Shown in pieces: positions 1 to 10,124 of a DNA stretch of 64,000 nucleotides. The notes beneath the pieces were generated by a model. The model worked only from the letters and a program-made list of their open reading frames with translations. It was not told the DNA's origin and did not search any database. The stretch's first letter is position 1, and the number at the start of each line of letters is the position of its first letter. Location: assembly GCA_029855935.1 (NCBI GenBank), contig JAGSHN010000004.1, positions 64,001 through 128,000 of the forward strand. Reading direction: 5' to 3'. Position numbers and translations under genes: made by a program. Source of the DNA: Candidatus Thorarchaeota archaeon (GTDB taxonomy: Archaea; Asgardarchaeota; Thorarchaeia; Thorarchaeales; Thorarchaeaceae).

Positions 1-245
1 TTCGCAGCAGAGGTGCCACCGCCCTTCACGCGTGGGACACGGGACCGACCGTGACCGGTCTGCCAGCTCTCGGCCGTGGTCCGCTTGCCCGCCAGCTCAT
101 CGACGCCGTGTGGCTGATATCGCTGGGACTGCAGGGCGAGGACAGCCCGCTTGATCAGGTCTGGCCGATAGGGTGTGTCGAAGTGTTCCGGTAGGTCGAT
201 TGCGGTGCCAGCCTTTCCCTTCAGAGAATATGTCTTGACCTTCAT
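1..245 (-). CDS. rpl4: 50S ribosomal protein uL4 (5' part; runs off the window edge)
   Basis: Manual translation from ATG at 245: MKVKTYSLKGKAGTAIDLPEHFDTPYRPDLIKRAVLALQSQRYQPHGVDELAGKRTTAESWQTGHGRSRVPRVKGGG, the typical archaeal L4 N-terminus; directly downstream of rpl3. Confidence 0.95.
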   Translation of the reverse strand, partial: MKVKTYSLKGKAGTAIDLPEHFDTPYRPDLIKRAVLALQSQRYQPHGVDELAGKRTTAESWQTGHGRSRVPRVKGGGTSAA

Positions 246-264
246 TGTTAACACATCCTCCCGT

Positions 265-1272
265 CTACTGCTTCGATGAGGTGCTGATGTAGCTCACCTG
301 CAGAGGCTTGGCCACGTGACCCTTCTTGGGACGGATGGCAAACCGCAGACGGACCGGACGCTTGATGGTACCAGGTATCGATCCCTTCACCATCACATAG
401 TCGCCACGGACCACGCCATAGTGGACAAACCCACCGGCAGGTGTGATCTCCTCGCCGCGCTCACCCATCTTCACGACCACGTGGTTATAGCTGACGCGGG
501 AGTGGAACCCTGTCTGTCCCGGTCGTGGTACTGTGTAGCGTACGTTGGTGGGGCTCCACGGGCCAATACAACCTACACCACGTTTGGTCTTCCTAGACTT
601 GTGCTGCAGGATTCTCACGCCCCATCTCCGTACGGGGCCCTGAAAGCCGTGACCCTTGGTCACTGCAGCGATGTCCACCAACATTCCCTCTTCCAAGATG
701 TCTGCAACTCTGAGGTCCGTTCCGAGAATGCTCTTGGCATACTCAAAGGCCTCTGTCACACTTGGCGCGCCAACCTTGTACTCCGTGATGTCCGGCTTCT
801 TCTTCGGCACTCCAGCAAGTCTTGGCTGAGTATGAACGAGCATTCGAATCTCGGTAAGTCTGTCGAGATGCTCCTCGAACTGCGACATCTTGGCATCAAA
901 GTCGTATTCCTTTGGCAGCTGAATCTTTCTACGGAGATCGTCTGACAGAGTCTCTGCCAGGACCTCCGTGACAAGTCTCAGCCCATATGGAGTGGCCATA
1001 TAGCCCCTGATTGAGAAGGGGCGAATGGGCGGTGTGTCGATCACAGTTACGGGGATGACTGTTTCCTGACCCTTGAATGGGCTGTTCGGGTTGTCAATCG
1101 TAATGACGGCGTGTGTCATTCCCGCCTTGTAACCAATGAAGCCAAGTAGTTTTGCAGCCGAGCCATCATACTCAGGCCAGTTCTTGATACGGGGCACAAA
1201 CCTAGAGGCCCGACATCGCGGCAAGTAGGCTAGGCTGCCGCGCTTTGGAGCATGCTTCTTTCTGTGTGCCAT
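265..1272 (-). CDS. rpl3: 50S ribosomal protein uL3
   Basis: MAHRKKHAPKRGSLAYLPR, GYKAGMTH, TKGHGFQGPVRRWG motifs. Confidence 0.98.
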   Translation of the reverse strand: MAHRKKHAPKRGSLAYLPRCRASRFVPRIKNWPEYDGSAAKLLGFIGYKAGMTHAVITIDNPNSPFKGQETVIPVTVIDTPPIRPFSIRGYMATPYGLRLVTEVLAETLSDDLRRKIQLPKEYDFDAKMSQFEEHLDRLTEIRMLVHTQPRLAGVPKKKPDITEYKVGAPSVTEAFEYAKSILGTDLRVADILEEGMLVDIAAVTKGHGFQGPVRRWGVRILQHKSRKTKRGVGCIGPWSPTNVRYTVPRPGQTGFHSRVSYNHVVVKMGERGEEITPAGGFVHYGVVRGDYVMVKGSIPGTIKRPVRLRFAIRPKKGHVAKPLQVSYISTSSKQ

Positions 1273-1384
1273 CTATAACACCACTTTCCCGTATCGAATG
1301 GCCTATGGACTGGGCTATTCGTACTACTGATGCCGACAACCAATTGGTGTGCTTTTTAAGGTTGCTCTATTGCCAAGATGCCTC

Positions 1385-2251
1385 TCAGTCAATGCCATCA
1401 TAGTAGCCGGGCCTCGAGACGAGATGGCCAAGAGAGACGTTCATCAGTGCAAGACTCGCAATCATCGCCTCCTCAAGGCGCACTGTTTCTGTCCCCTGAT
1501 TCGGTATGGTGTTGACAACATAGTCCACGAGAGAGAGAAACTCCTCCGACCCCTTAACGAGTATGTCGGGAAGACCAAGCTTGGGCCCTCCGAAGAGCGC
1601 GATGAGATGCCGGGGCCCGGTCACCGACTCGACTATATCGTTGATAACCGACTTGAAGTCGGTACCCCGGCGCGAGAAGACCACACGTACGGCTCTATTC
1701 TGTTGTTTCAGCCACTCCACAAGATTCGGCACCACGGCGACCTCGAAGCCGAAGTATCGACTCACACTGTGGCGTTCCACTGGTCGCAGGGTAATGCGGG
1801 GGCTGGTTCGGGTCACCCTGAACAGGGTGGGTGTGCGATTGTCCACGTCAAAGTTGACCTTCACCAGAGAGGCCAGTCCGATGTCCACTGTGCGAGGACC
1901 GACCCCGATGCCCCATCTCACATCACCCACACGTACCTCGCTTGGCGAGGTCTCGAGGGGATGACTCCGTGTTCTGAGTGGAGGCAACAGGCCAGCATAC
2001 CTCAGTGTAGGGGTGCGAGCAAAGACCCGTTTCCGGAGATACTGTGGTGTGTCCATGTATCTGAGAAGACGGACTAGTGTGTCCACATCACGTTGCTGGC
2101 GTGAGGGCAGACGACCGGTGGTATAGACTATGATGCGGTCCACACAGAACACGGCCAGTGCACGGGCAATCCGGCCGGCCAGCACGGTCTTCTCACGAAG
2201 ACTGGTTGTATTGGAGAGAGTCGTATCGGGAACTGCAGCCTCCAGTGTCAA
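1385..2251 (-). CDS. SPOUT-family RNA methyltransferase (DUF171/COG2106, C9orf114-like)
   Basis: REKT..AGRIARALAVF, YMDTPQYLRK, GLLPPL, NTIPNQGTETVRLEEA motifs; conserved position upstream of rpl3; start moved to TTG 2251 (ORF track 2302). Confidence 0.9.
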   Translation of the reverse strand: MTLEAAVPDTTLSNTTSLREKTVLAGRIARALAVFCVDRIIVYTTGRLPSRQQRDVDTLVRLLRYMDTPQYLRKRVFARTPTLRYAGLLPPLRTRSHPLETSPSEVRVGDVRWGIGVGPRTVDIGLASLVKVNFDVDNRTPTLFRVTRTSPRITLRPVERHSVSRYFGFEVAVVPNLVEWLKQQNRAVRVVFSRRGTDFKSVINDIVESVTGPRHLIALFGGPKLGLPDILVKGSEEFLSLVDYVVNTIPNQGTETVRLEEAMIASLALMNVSLGHLVSRPGYYDGID

Positions 2252-2270
2252 CGAACCCGCCTCGATGATC

Positions 2271-2720
2271 TCACAGGTCGAGGGTGAACCACAACGTAAC
2301 ACGGTCCGGACGCTGCTCGATCTTCAGGTCCGCATAGGTCATCGCCTTGACCTCGGTCCGAATGGGATGGCGCTCGATGTCAATCTCCTCGCCCCATGCC
2401 TCACCTGAAAGATGCCACCTCTGCTCACCACTGTCGTCGCGAGTTATGTAGTGCACCTTGAATCTGGAGTAGAATCGGTTGTTGAGGTCAATCAGTGCAA
2501 TGAGCTGACCGACCCACTCAACGAGAAGCTCCTCTAGGTCTATTCCATCAACGTCGACCTTGGAGGAGTGAAGTGGCCGTACCTTTGACGTGTCGACCAT
2601 CACCTCAAAGGCTGCGAGCGCAGCAGTTTCGAAGGCCTCCTCAAGGGTGGGTGCCCAGCACTCTATTGTCACGTCAGCTGTGTGTTCGTGGTACCTGAAG
2701 CCTCGAGGACCTTCGCTCAC
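2271..2720 (-). CDS. Archease (RtcB tRNA-ligase cofactor)
   Basis: FRYHEHTADV...EVKAMTY...FTLDL signature; GTG start at 2720 behind GGAGGT SD (the ORF-track extension to 2885 overlaps a tRNA). Confidence 0.93.
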   Translation of the reverse strand: MSEGPRGFRYHEHTADVTIECWAPTLEEAFETAALAAFEVMVDTSKVRPLHSSKVDVDGIDLEELLVEWVGQLIALIDLNNRFYSRFKVHYITRDDSGEQRWHLSGEAWGEEIDIERHPIRTEVKAMTYADLKIEQRPDRVTLWFTLDL

Positions 2721-2815
2721 AGCGTCGAACCTCCGGCCTGTAATCGCTCCAAGAAGCTTAAAAGCAGTTCTCAACGGAAGAACAATAGTCGCCTCCTCAC
2801 GAGGCCGACATCTAT

Positions 2816-2903
2816 GCCGAGGTAGCCAAGCCTGGACCACGGCGCTGGTCTTGAAAACCAGTGTGCTCTGCACGCAGGAGTTCAAATCTCCTCCTCGGCG
2901 CCA
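2816..2903 (+). tRNA. tRNA-Ser(TGA)
   Basis: GCCGAGG acceptor/CCTCGGC, anticodon arm CTGGT-CTTGAAA-ACCAG, long variable arm, GTTCAAATC T-loop, encoded CCA. Confidence 0.95.
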
Positions 2904-2942
2904 TCACTCATTCGCTCACTCGTTCTCCGTCAGCCGGACCGC

Positions 2943-4550
2943 TCACAGACTCTTCGCCAGATACGGGCCATCATCAACGAATCCCAGGTTTCTGTAGTAC
3001 TCCTTTACTCCAGTCCCACTGAGAACCAAGATTCGGTCGACACCGAGGTCCTCCCGTGCAGTCCGCTCCGCCTCACCCACCAGACACTCACCAAGACCCA
3101 GATGCTGCCATCTCTCAGGATCGCGCTCGCCAATCCTCACCATAGGACCAAACACCCTGAGCTCCCGTATGATTGCGCATGGACTGCACCGAACCTCGGG
3201 CCGATGCGCCGCCTCGCTCGGATAGCGGAGACGCAGGAATGCGAAGATTATGTCTTCAACTGGATCCTCAAGGGAGATGAAGACTTCAGTGCCCCCGCCG
3301 GCCTCGTAGACACGCTGAATCAGCGTCATAGTGTCGGGGTTTGCACGCCGTCCTGTACGCATCTCGTAGTGACCGACCTCGCGATAGCGAATTGTGGGAT
3401 TCCGCAGGCCCAGACGACGCATCTCCGCGTGCACGAGCTCTCGCAGATTCCCGCGGGACAACCCAGCCTCAATCTGGTGTAGGGGGATGTCGCGTTGCAT
3501 CCGCTGGATACGAACATACTCCGGCATCTCGCTCACGGCCTGTGCTATCAACGAGACAGTCTCGTCGTCGGTGTAGGGAGAGTAGCGGCCCTCTCTCCAC
3601 CATTCGTAGAGTCGCGTGTTCTTCACCACAAGCGTTGGGTAGATTTTGAGCATATCAGGACGGAAGCGCGGATCCGAGAACATCTGATGGAACATATGCA
3701 GATCCATCTCAATGTTCGAGCCAGGAAGACCGGGCATGATGTGGTAACATACCTTGAGGCCACTATCGCGAAGAATCCTTGTCGCAACTGCAGAGGCCTC
3801 AACATCGTGACCTCGACCAACAAGCGTCAGAACCTCATCTGAGAGGGACTGTACTCCAATCTCCACACGGGTCGCGCCCATCTCAAGCATCTCGTCCACT
3901 GTGGCAGGAGATATCCAGTCAGGGCGGGTCTCGAAGGTTGTCCCAATGTTGCGCACTGCTGCTGTTTCGTTGACCCGTTTGGCCGCCTCCAAAGTAGGAC
4001 TCACAGAGCCGTTCATAGCATCGAGGCATCTCTTGACGAACCACTCGCGGTAGGCACGCTCCTTGGAGCACCAGTCCCCGCCCATGACTATCAACTCCAC
4101 CTTCTGAACGGGGTGACCAATCGTGCGCAGCTGACCGAGACGAGAACGGACCTGCCGATACGGATCAAACTTGTTCTGCAGTCCGCGCATAGTCGCGGGT
4201 TCATATCCAGTGTAGCTCTGTGGCACACCAAGATCAGGTCCTCCGGGACAGTATGCACATTTCCCGTGAGGACAGGCCTGCGGCTCTGTCATTACTGCAA
4301 CAACAGCCACTCCAGAGAGAGTGCGAACAGGTCGCTTCTGAAGAAAGGGGAGGAGAACCTCTCTCTCCTCAGGAACGGCGCACTCGAGCACATCGGCATT
4401 GGAGGGGATGCGGGCCCGGCGAAACCGGCCACATACCCTGTTCTTGATGCGGTTGATTGTCTGCCTTGTCAGAGGCTCAGGAGAACTGAGCAGAGCCTCT
4501 ATGATTGCCCGGTTCACTTCATAGTCGCTAATGGTATCAGTCTGGGCCAT
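2943..4550 (-). CDS. elp3: Elp3 tRNA uridine(34) acetyltransferase (radical SAM + KAT)
   Basis: RTLSGVAVVAVMT, CPHGKCAYCPGG, ETRPD, LKIYPT, RELRVFG, QHLGLG motifs. Confidence 0.95.
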   Translation of the reverse strand: MAQTDTISDYEVNRAIIEALLSSPEPLTRQTINRIKNRVCGRFRRARIPSNADVLECAVPEEREVLLPFLQKRPVRTLSGVAVVAVMTEPQACPHGKCAYCPGGPDLGVPQSYTGYEPATMRGLQNKFDPYRQVRSRLGQLRTIGHPVQKVELIVMGGDWCSKERAYREWFVKRCLDAMNGSVSPTLEAAKRVNETAAVRNIGTTFETRPDWISPATVDEMLEMGATRVEIGVQSLSDEVLTLVGRGHDVEASAVATRILRDSGLKVCYHIMPGLPGSNIEMDLHMFHQMFSDPRFRPDMLKIYPTLVVKNTRLYEWWREGRYSPYTDDETVSLIAQAVSEMPEYVRIQRMQRDIPLHQIEAGLSRGNLRELVHAEMRRLGLRNPTIRYREVGHYEMRTGRRANPDTMTLIQRVYEAGGGTEVFISLEDPVEDIIFAFLRLRYPSEAAHRPEVRCSPCAIIRELRVFGPMVRIGERDPERWQHLGLGECLVGEAERTAREDLGVDRILVLSGTGVKEYYRNLGFVDDGPYLAKSL

Positions 4551-4647
4551 GATGCATCTATTCCTGTGGCTCACAACAATAGATGCCTTTTGGATATCTT
4601 TTTATGAACATAGTTCTGGCCATGAGTGAAGGCTGAGGTAGAGAGAA

Positions 4648-4809
4648 ATGCCAGGCTCACACGGTTCACTGACAAAGGCCGGAAAAGTGCGTGAGTCCAC
4701 CCCAAAGGTTCAGGGAAGAGAGAGGCACACGCCAATCCCGCGTATCAGAAACAAGCGGAACTACATCAAGCGGTTTGTACGTGGCAGGACTGTAGGCGTG
4801 CGCGCCTAG
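4648..4809 (+). CDS. rps30e: 30S ribosomal protein eS30 (below the ORF-track length cutoff)
   Basis: Manual translation MPGSHGSLTKAGKVRESTPKVQGRERHTPIPRIRNKRNYIKRFVRGRTVGVRA*, with the HGSLtkAGKVR..TPK signature; GAGGT SD. Confidence 0.95.
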   Translation: MPGSHGSLTKAGKVRESTPKVQGRERHTPIPRIRNKRNYIKRFVRGRTVGVRA

Positions 4810-4834
4810 ACCGTGATGGAGGTTCTGCATCTGG

Positions 4835-5671
4835 TCATCTAATCTCGTCAATCCGTGCACCAGTCGCATCTCGAGAGTATTTCCCGAACTCCACTATTGA
4901 CGCCAGCGTTGACCCTGTGAAGACAGGGCCATCAAGACACACCAGATGACCAGTGGGATCAAGGGCACAGGAACCGCAGAGGCCGCAACCGCACTTCATG
5001 TACCGTTCTAGCGATAACTGAATGGGAATCTCGTGACGCAAGGCGATCCTATAGACCTCGTACATCATCCGCTCGGGGCCGCACGCATAGATCACATCGG
5101 CGGTCTGCTGCTCAAGGAGAGCGGTCAGACAGTCTGTCGCCAGCCCGTGAAATCCTAGTGAGCCGTCGTCAGTCGCCACCTGTGTGCGCAGTCTTGAGTC
5201 TGACTCGGCAATCCTGAGCATCTCATCGTGAAATAGGAGTTCATCTCGCGTGCGGGCGGCTATCAGGACGGTGACTTGCTTCAGACTGGCCAGAAGGGCA
5301 TACACAAGAGGACGCAGCGGGGCCATTCCCACTCCACCGCCCACAACAATGGCAGCGTCTCCCGTAACGGAGAAGGAACGACCGAACGGTCCGCGAATGC
5401 CAATATAGTCTCCGGGTCGCATTCTGACCAGACGCTGTGTCGCCTCCCCCACAGGCCGGACGGTCAGGCCAATATGCTCATCGTCTGACCACGACGCGCT
5501 CAGCGGGATCTCGTCAACATCTGGCACCCATACCATGAAGAACTGTCCGGGAGCAGCAGTGGGACTGTCTGGTTGGCGTCGAAAGAAAAGAGTCACATCG
5601 CGGATATTCTCCCTGACAACACGACTGATTGCAACACTCCGAGGTCTACCGGTTGACAACTCAATATCCAT
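4835..5671 (-). CDS. pyrK: Dihydroorotate dehydrogenase electron-transfer subunit
   Basis: PGQFFMVW, RGPFG, GGGVGMAP, CGPE, ERYMKCGCGLCGSC...CLDGPVF 2Fe-2S motif; adjacent to pyrD. Confidence 0.93.
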   Translation of the reverse strand: MDIELSTGRPRSVAISRVVRENIRDVTLFFRRQPDSPTAAPGQFFMVWVPDVDEIPLSASWSDDEHIGLTVRPVGEATQRLVRMRPGDYIGIRGPFGRSFSVTGDAAIVVGGGVGMAPLRPLVYALLASLKQVTVLIAARTRDELLFHDEMLRIAESDSRLRTQVATDDGSLGFHGLATDCLTALLEQQTADVIYACGPERMMYEVYRIALRHEIPIQLSLERYMKCGCGLCGSCALDPTGHLVCLDGPVFTGSTLASIVEFGKYSRDATGARIDEIR

Positions 5672-5673
5672 TG

Positions 5674-6543
5674 CTATCGCCTCTGAGCCAGGCCAACTAT
5701 GTCTGCGATGTCCGAGAACCCCGTCTCTTGAACGTAGGTCATTACGCCCTCTCTGACTCTGCTGAATACATCAAGTCCAGACAGGACACCGGTCCCTATC
5801 TCGATGGCACTTGCGCCAGCGAGATGCATCTCTACAGCATCCTGCCACGTCGTCACACCTCCAACTCCTATGATTGGGACTGATAGTGACGCATAGAGGT
5901 CGTAGACAGCACGAACGGCAATTGGAAAGACAGGTGGTCCAGACAACCCGCCGACAAGATTGCCCAAGATCGGGCGACGCTGTACTATGTCAATACGCAT
6001 GGCCCGTACTGTGTTGATTGCCACAACAGCGTCAGCTCCTGCACGCTCCGCTGCACGACCAACGGATGTGATGTCCGATGCATTAGGCGTCAGTTTGGCA
6101 AACACCGGGCAGTCGACTGCGTCTTTGACGGCCCGCACGTACTGGAAGGTCAGATCCGGGTCGTGTGCAACCTGCCCAATCTCCGCATGAGGACACGACA
6201 GATTTAGCTCTATTGCCAGAGGCTTGGCCTCAACACCCCGAGATGCTACACTTGCTGCCTCCTGAGGGGAACGTCCAAAGACACTCAGAACAAAGGGGAC
6301 ACCCCACTCTCCTAGCCTATGCAGCTCATCCAGAAATGCGTCTATGCCGGGATTCGTGAGACCCACGGCATTGATCAGCCCGCCATGTGAAGAGGTGCAG
6401 ATGGGCCCCGGGTGGCCAACACGGGGAACGGGCCCGATTGACTTTGTCACAACGACATCGGCACCACTCTCGTGCACTCGTCTAAGGACGGAGGCTGTGA
6501 CTCCCAGAATGCCTGATGCCAACCAGTAACCCTTTATCTCCAA
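5674..6543 (-). CDS. pyrD: Dihydroorotate dehydrogenase (family 1B) catalytic subunit
   Basis: LASGILG, VTKS, NAVGLTNPG, ELNLSCPH, KLTPN, INT, GGLSG motifs; probable TTG start at 6543 (ORF track extends to 6687, overlapping nop5). Confidence 0.93.
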   Translation of the reverse strand: MEIKGYWLASGILGVTASVLRRVHESGADVVVTKSIGPVPRVGHPGPICTSSHGGLINAVGLTNPGIDAFLDELHRLGEWGVPFVLSVFGRSPQEAASVASRGVEAKPLAIELNLSCPHAEIGQVAHDPDLTFQYVRAVKDAVDCPVFAKLTPNASDITSVGRAAERAGADAVVAINTVRAMRIDIVQRRPILGNLVGGLSGPPVFPIAVRAVYDLYASLSVPIIGVGGVTTWQDAVEMHLAGASAIEIGTGVLSGLDVFSRVREGVMTYVQETGFSDIADIVGLAQRR

Positions 6544-6664
6544 GGCCGCACCTACTGTTGACAGAACGAGACCGCGCAAAAGCTTATCGTTCGAGGGATG
6601 TTCCTCAGGGGCCTCATATCCCCGTGTCCACAGCCAAGGCGAAAGCAACAGGGTCTGGTGCCAC

Positions 6665-7894
6665 ATGTCCACATACCTAGTTCCCACTCCCTTCGGGGTC
6701 TTCGTTCACAACGAAGACTGTAGAATACTGTATGAGGTCATTGTCTACCCAGATGAGGAACTAGCCACCAAGATGATGATGCAGATTGCAGACAAGACTC
6801 TGCCTGTCGAGATTCGAGATGCGATTGAGGCGGCACGGCAGGCTGGCGTCAATCGAATTGTTGTTGAGAGCAGTGGACTTGCAGCACTCATCAGGGACCT
6901 CAACGTCGAGGTGATGGTCGACAATGCCTCAAGGGCCATCAAGATGTTCAGGACGAGCATTGACAGTGTTCTCATAGAAAGAGGTGTGCTCGAGTCCGAG
7001 CAGCAGACGACCGACTTCAGGCGACGAGTTGCTCTGGGTATCTCAAGAGAGAAGATAATGCGACATCTCAGATCCCCTGATCTCACCATCAAGTATGCTG
7101 TGGAAACGATTGATAGCCTCGACAAGACAATCAATCTTCTTGGAATGCGGCTGAGGGAGTGGTATGCCATTAACGTGCCCGCTATAGTCAACCATGTTGA
7201 AGATATACAGACCCTTGTCGAAACCGTTCTCTCTGTGGGTACGGGAATGCCAACAGCGGAACACCTTGTCAGAGCAGGACTCCCCCCTGAGGCGGCAAAG
7301 AACATTGTCGAGGAAACCGCTCAAGAGGTGGGAACACCACTGAGCGAGGAGGGTCTCAAACCAGTTCTGGCAATTGCCCAGAGTATCAGAACGATGCTGG
7401 ATGCAAGACGAACGATAGAGGAATACATTGAGAAATCTATGTCGCGTGTCGCGCCCAACATGACAGCGCTCGTCGGTCCACTCGTGGGGGCTCGGCTCAT
7501 CAGTGCGGCGGGATCGCTGGAGGACCTGGCCAAGAAGCCCTCTAGCACGATACAGGTCTTGGGCGCAGAGAGAGCACTGTTTCGTAGTCTGCGGACGGGG
7601 GCGGCTCCACCCAAGCATGGGGTCATATTCCAGGTGCCGCTTGTTCATTCTTCACCCTTTTGGCAACGAGGTAAGATTGCAAGGGCACTGGCAGGCAAGC
7701 TTGCGATAGCTGCAAAGGTCGATGCCCACTCCGGTCAAGACCTCAGTGCCGCCCTGAGGCTGCAATTAGAGAGGAGAATTGAGGAGATTCGGAGGCAGAA
7801 TCCCCGGCCCAGTGCGAAAGGCCAGCCTGAGAAACAACAGCAGAGGCCCACCCGCAAGAGAGGGTCTAGAGGGAGGAGGTCGAGGTCACGTTGA
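6665..7894 (+). CDS. nop5: C/D box RNP protein Nop5/Nop56
   Basis: RLREWY, APNMTALVG..VGARLI, PSSTIQVLGAERALF, PKHGVIFQ, GKIARALAGK motifs; next to fibrillarin. Confidence 0.95.
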   Translation: MSTYLVPTPFGVFVHNEDCRILYEVIVYPDEELATKMMMQIADKTLPVEIRDAIEAARQAGVNRIVVESSGLAALIRDLNVEVMVDNASRAIKMFRTSIDSVLIERGVLESEQQTTDFRRRVALGISREKIMRHLRSPDLTIKYAVETIDSLDKTINLLGMRLREWYAINVPAIVNHVEDIQTLVETVLSVGTGMPTAEHLVRAGLPPEAAKNIVEETAQEVGTPLSEEGLKPVLAIAQSIRTMLDARRTIEEYIEKSMSRVAPNMTALVGPLVGARLISAAGSLEDLAKKPSSTIQVLGAERALFRSLRTGAAPPKHGVIFQVPLVHSSPFWQRGKIARALAGKLAIAAKVDAHSGQDLSAALRLQLERRIEEIRRQNPRPSAKGQPEKQQQRPTRKRGSRGRRSRSR

Positions 7895-8583
7895 GTGTCC
7901 ACGAGACCAATTTCCCAGGCGTATATCAAATCACAGATGGCCAGCACACGTCACTGGCCACAAGGAGCCTAGTTGAAGGCCAGAGCGTCTACGGCGAGAG
8001 AGTAATAACAGTTGGTGAGGAGAGCTATAGGCTCTGGTCTGGACGTCGCTCCAAGCTGGCTGCAGCCATCCGAAACGGACTGGGGGAACTTCCAATCAGG
8101 CCGGGGTCGCGTGTGCTGTATCTCGGAGCGGCGTCCGGAACGACTGTCAGCCATGTCTCGGATATTGTCGGTCCGCACGGCGTGGTAAGCGCAATAGAGT
8201 TCTCGCCAACTGTGGCAAGGGGTTTGGTCAGACTCGCAGAGAGCCGCCCGAATATCATCCCGATAGTGGAGGATGCGAGACATCCGGACCGTTACGCCAC
8301 GCTCGTCGCAGGACCTGTGGATGTGGTCTATCAAGACATTGCACAGCCGGATCAGGCACGAATACTGTATGAGAACATTCGGCACTTCTGTACAATCGGT
8401 ACCTATGCGATGATTGCAATAAAGGCGCGAAGCATAGATTCTACAGCATCGGTGAAACGGGTCTTCGACAGAGAGATACGGCAACTGATGGACAGGGGAC
8501 TGGAGGTTGTCGAACGGGTGAATCTAGCCCCCCTCGAGAGAGATCATCTGATGGTGTCGCTCAGAGTTGTGGAGGATGTGTAA
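7891..8583 (+). CDS. flpA: Fibrillarin-like rRNA/tRNA 2'-O-methyltransferase
   Basis: VYGE, RSKLAA, VLYLGAASGTTVSHVSD, DIAQPDQA, KARSID motifs. Confidence 0.97.
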   Translation: MSVHETNFPGVYQITDGQHTSLATRSLVEGQSVYGERVITVGEESYRLWSGRRSKLAAAIRNGLGELPIRPGSRVLYLGAASGTTVSHVSDIVGPHGVVSAIEFSPTVARGLVRLAESRPNIIPIVEDARHPDRYATLVAGPVDVVYQDIAQPDQARILYENIRHFCTIGTYAMIAIKARSIDSTASVKRVFDREIRQLMDRGLEVVERVNLAPLERDHLMVSLRVVEDV

Positions 8584-9047
8584 TGGGTCCCTCATTTATT
8601 GAGAGAATCATTGAGAGAGAGATTGATCAGATCAACGACCACCTACCTCAGACCACTATTCTACTCTCCCAACTCGAGAGCGATAGACGCCTCACGTATG
8701 TCACTCGTGGGGGCGACAGCTCCGCATTCAGGGCCGACGAGATTGACTTTCTGCTTCGGGAGGTGCCCCCCCACTTTCGTGATAAGATATCGCTCCCCAT
8801 AGTCATTCTTCGTAGAATTGACCTAGGACCGGGGATGTACACTATATCGGGCGGAAGGCTGGTGTCATTCCTACTGCATCGAGTCCTAGGACAGGTAGAC
8901 CTAGCATGGGAAGATCTGATGGACTGGACAGAGAGAACGACACTTGCTCGGCCGGAGGTACAGGCCATCCGACGAAGACTACCCACAACTACCTGCCTGG
9001 GTTTTGCACATAGTGTACCACGAAGGGCCTTCTCCAAGACCGACTGA
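8583..9047 (+). CDS. DUF61/UPF0216 family protein
   Basis: INDHLP N-terminus, LPIVILRR, ...RRRLPTTT C-terminus resemble DUF61; translationally coupled to flpA. Confidence 0.65.
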   Translation: MGPSFIERIIEREIDQINDHLPQTTILLSQLESDRRLTYVTRGGDSSAFRADEIDFLLREVPPHFRDKISLPIVILRRIDLGPGMYTISGGRLVSFLLHRVLGQVDLAWEDLMDWTERTTLARPEVQAIRRRLPTTTCLGFAHSVPRRAFSKTD

Positions 9048-9133
9048 GGCGGCCGAGTGGCTACACAGAGACATCCTCCACTAACAGAATCCTCAAAAGC
9101 ATATTGTAGGAAGGGGCAGGCGAGTGATGCCAG

Positions 9134-10096
9134 ATGACAAGAGCCCGCAGCAGACTAATTGAGGAGGTATGTTCTCAGTTAGAGGCTGCTGGGTTTGATA
9201 TGTCATCACCCTGTGATGTCAGACCGACCTGCTTCGATCTTGTCGCCCGAAGAGATGACCAACTCGTTCTCATCAAGGTCCTGAACAATGTGGACGCCCT
9301 CACGAAGGAGGATGCTGACACTCTTCAGCAGGTCGCCCAATTCTTCAATGCCACACCGTTGGTGATTGGACGAAAGACACGGAGAGGCGAACTGGACGAG
9401 GATGCCGTCTACAAGCGGTACGGAATATCGACCATAACACCGGTCAGCCTCCGAAGAATCATCACAGAGGATGCCCTTCCAAGAGAGTACATCCAGCGGG
9501 GTGGCAGATTTGTGGCCATCGATGGCGCAAAGTTGAGGAGAGCCCGTCTCGAGCGACGCATGAGCAAGCATGACTTGGCCGAGTGCGTACAGGTCTCCAC
9601 ACGAGCCATTCTTGCGTACGAGAGAGAGGAGATGGATGTCAGTGCGGAGGTGGCACAGAAACTCGAGAAAGTTCTTGAAACAGACCTCATCATCCCGATC
9701 GACATACTTAGAGATCGTGGTGCCACTAGCCAAGTGACTCCACCGAGTGATGTGCGTGATATTCCTGACCTTGAGCGTCGTGTCAACGAGTTCTTCGAGA
9801 GGCTGGGAATGAAGGTCCTCTGGACAAATCGGGCGCCGTTCCACGTGGCGGCCAAGGAGCGAGGACCTCCACTTATGTCCGGTGTCGGTTCGCTTCGAAG
9901 TTGGTCGCTCAAGAAACGAGTTCAGATACTGAAGAGTGTTTCAGAGGTCACAGAGTCCGATGCTGTGCTCATCGTCGAGGAGGGGCAGGCTGAAACACGT
10001 GTCGCAGATGTGCCTGTGATCAGGCAGCTGGAACTCGACGAGATTGAGAAGGCTGGAGAGCTCAAGAAGATCATTGCTGAGCGGAGCGAACAATAA
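9134..10096 (+). CDS. Archaeal HTH transcriptional regulator (COG1395-like: nuclease-like domain plus Cro/C1 HTH)
   Basis: CFDLVARR..IKVL.NVD, GGRFVAIDG.KLR..R, HTH SKHDLAECVQVSTRAILAYE. Confidence 0.85.
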   Translation: MTRARSRLIEEVCSQLEAAGFDMSSPCDVRPTCFDLVARRDDQLVLIKVLNNVDALTKEDADTLQQVAQFFNATPLVIGRKTRRGELDEDAVYKRYGISTITPVSLRRIITEDALPREYIQRGGRFVAIDGAKLRRARLERRMSKHDLAECVQVSTRAILAYEREEMDVSAEVAQKLEKVLETDLIIPIDILRDRGATSQVTPPSDVRDIPDLERRVNEFFERLGMKVLWTNRAPFHVAAKERGPPLMSGVGSLRSWSLKKRVQILKSVSEVTESDAVLIVEEGQAETRVADVPVIRQLELDEIEKAGELKKIIAERSEQ

Positions 10097-10124
10097 GAAG
10101 ACTAGCAACCTGCAATAATAATTG

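Noticed and set aside
4740-4770. AAACAAGCGGAACTAC resembling the 3' end of RNase P RNA
   Set aside because: Lies inside the eS30 coding sequence
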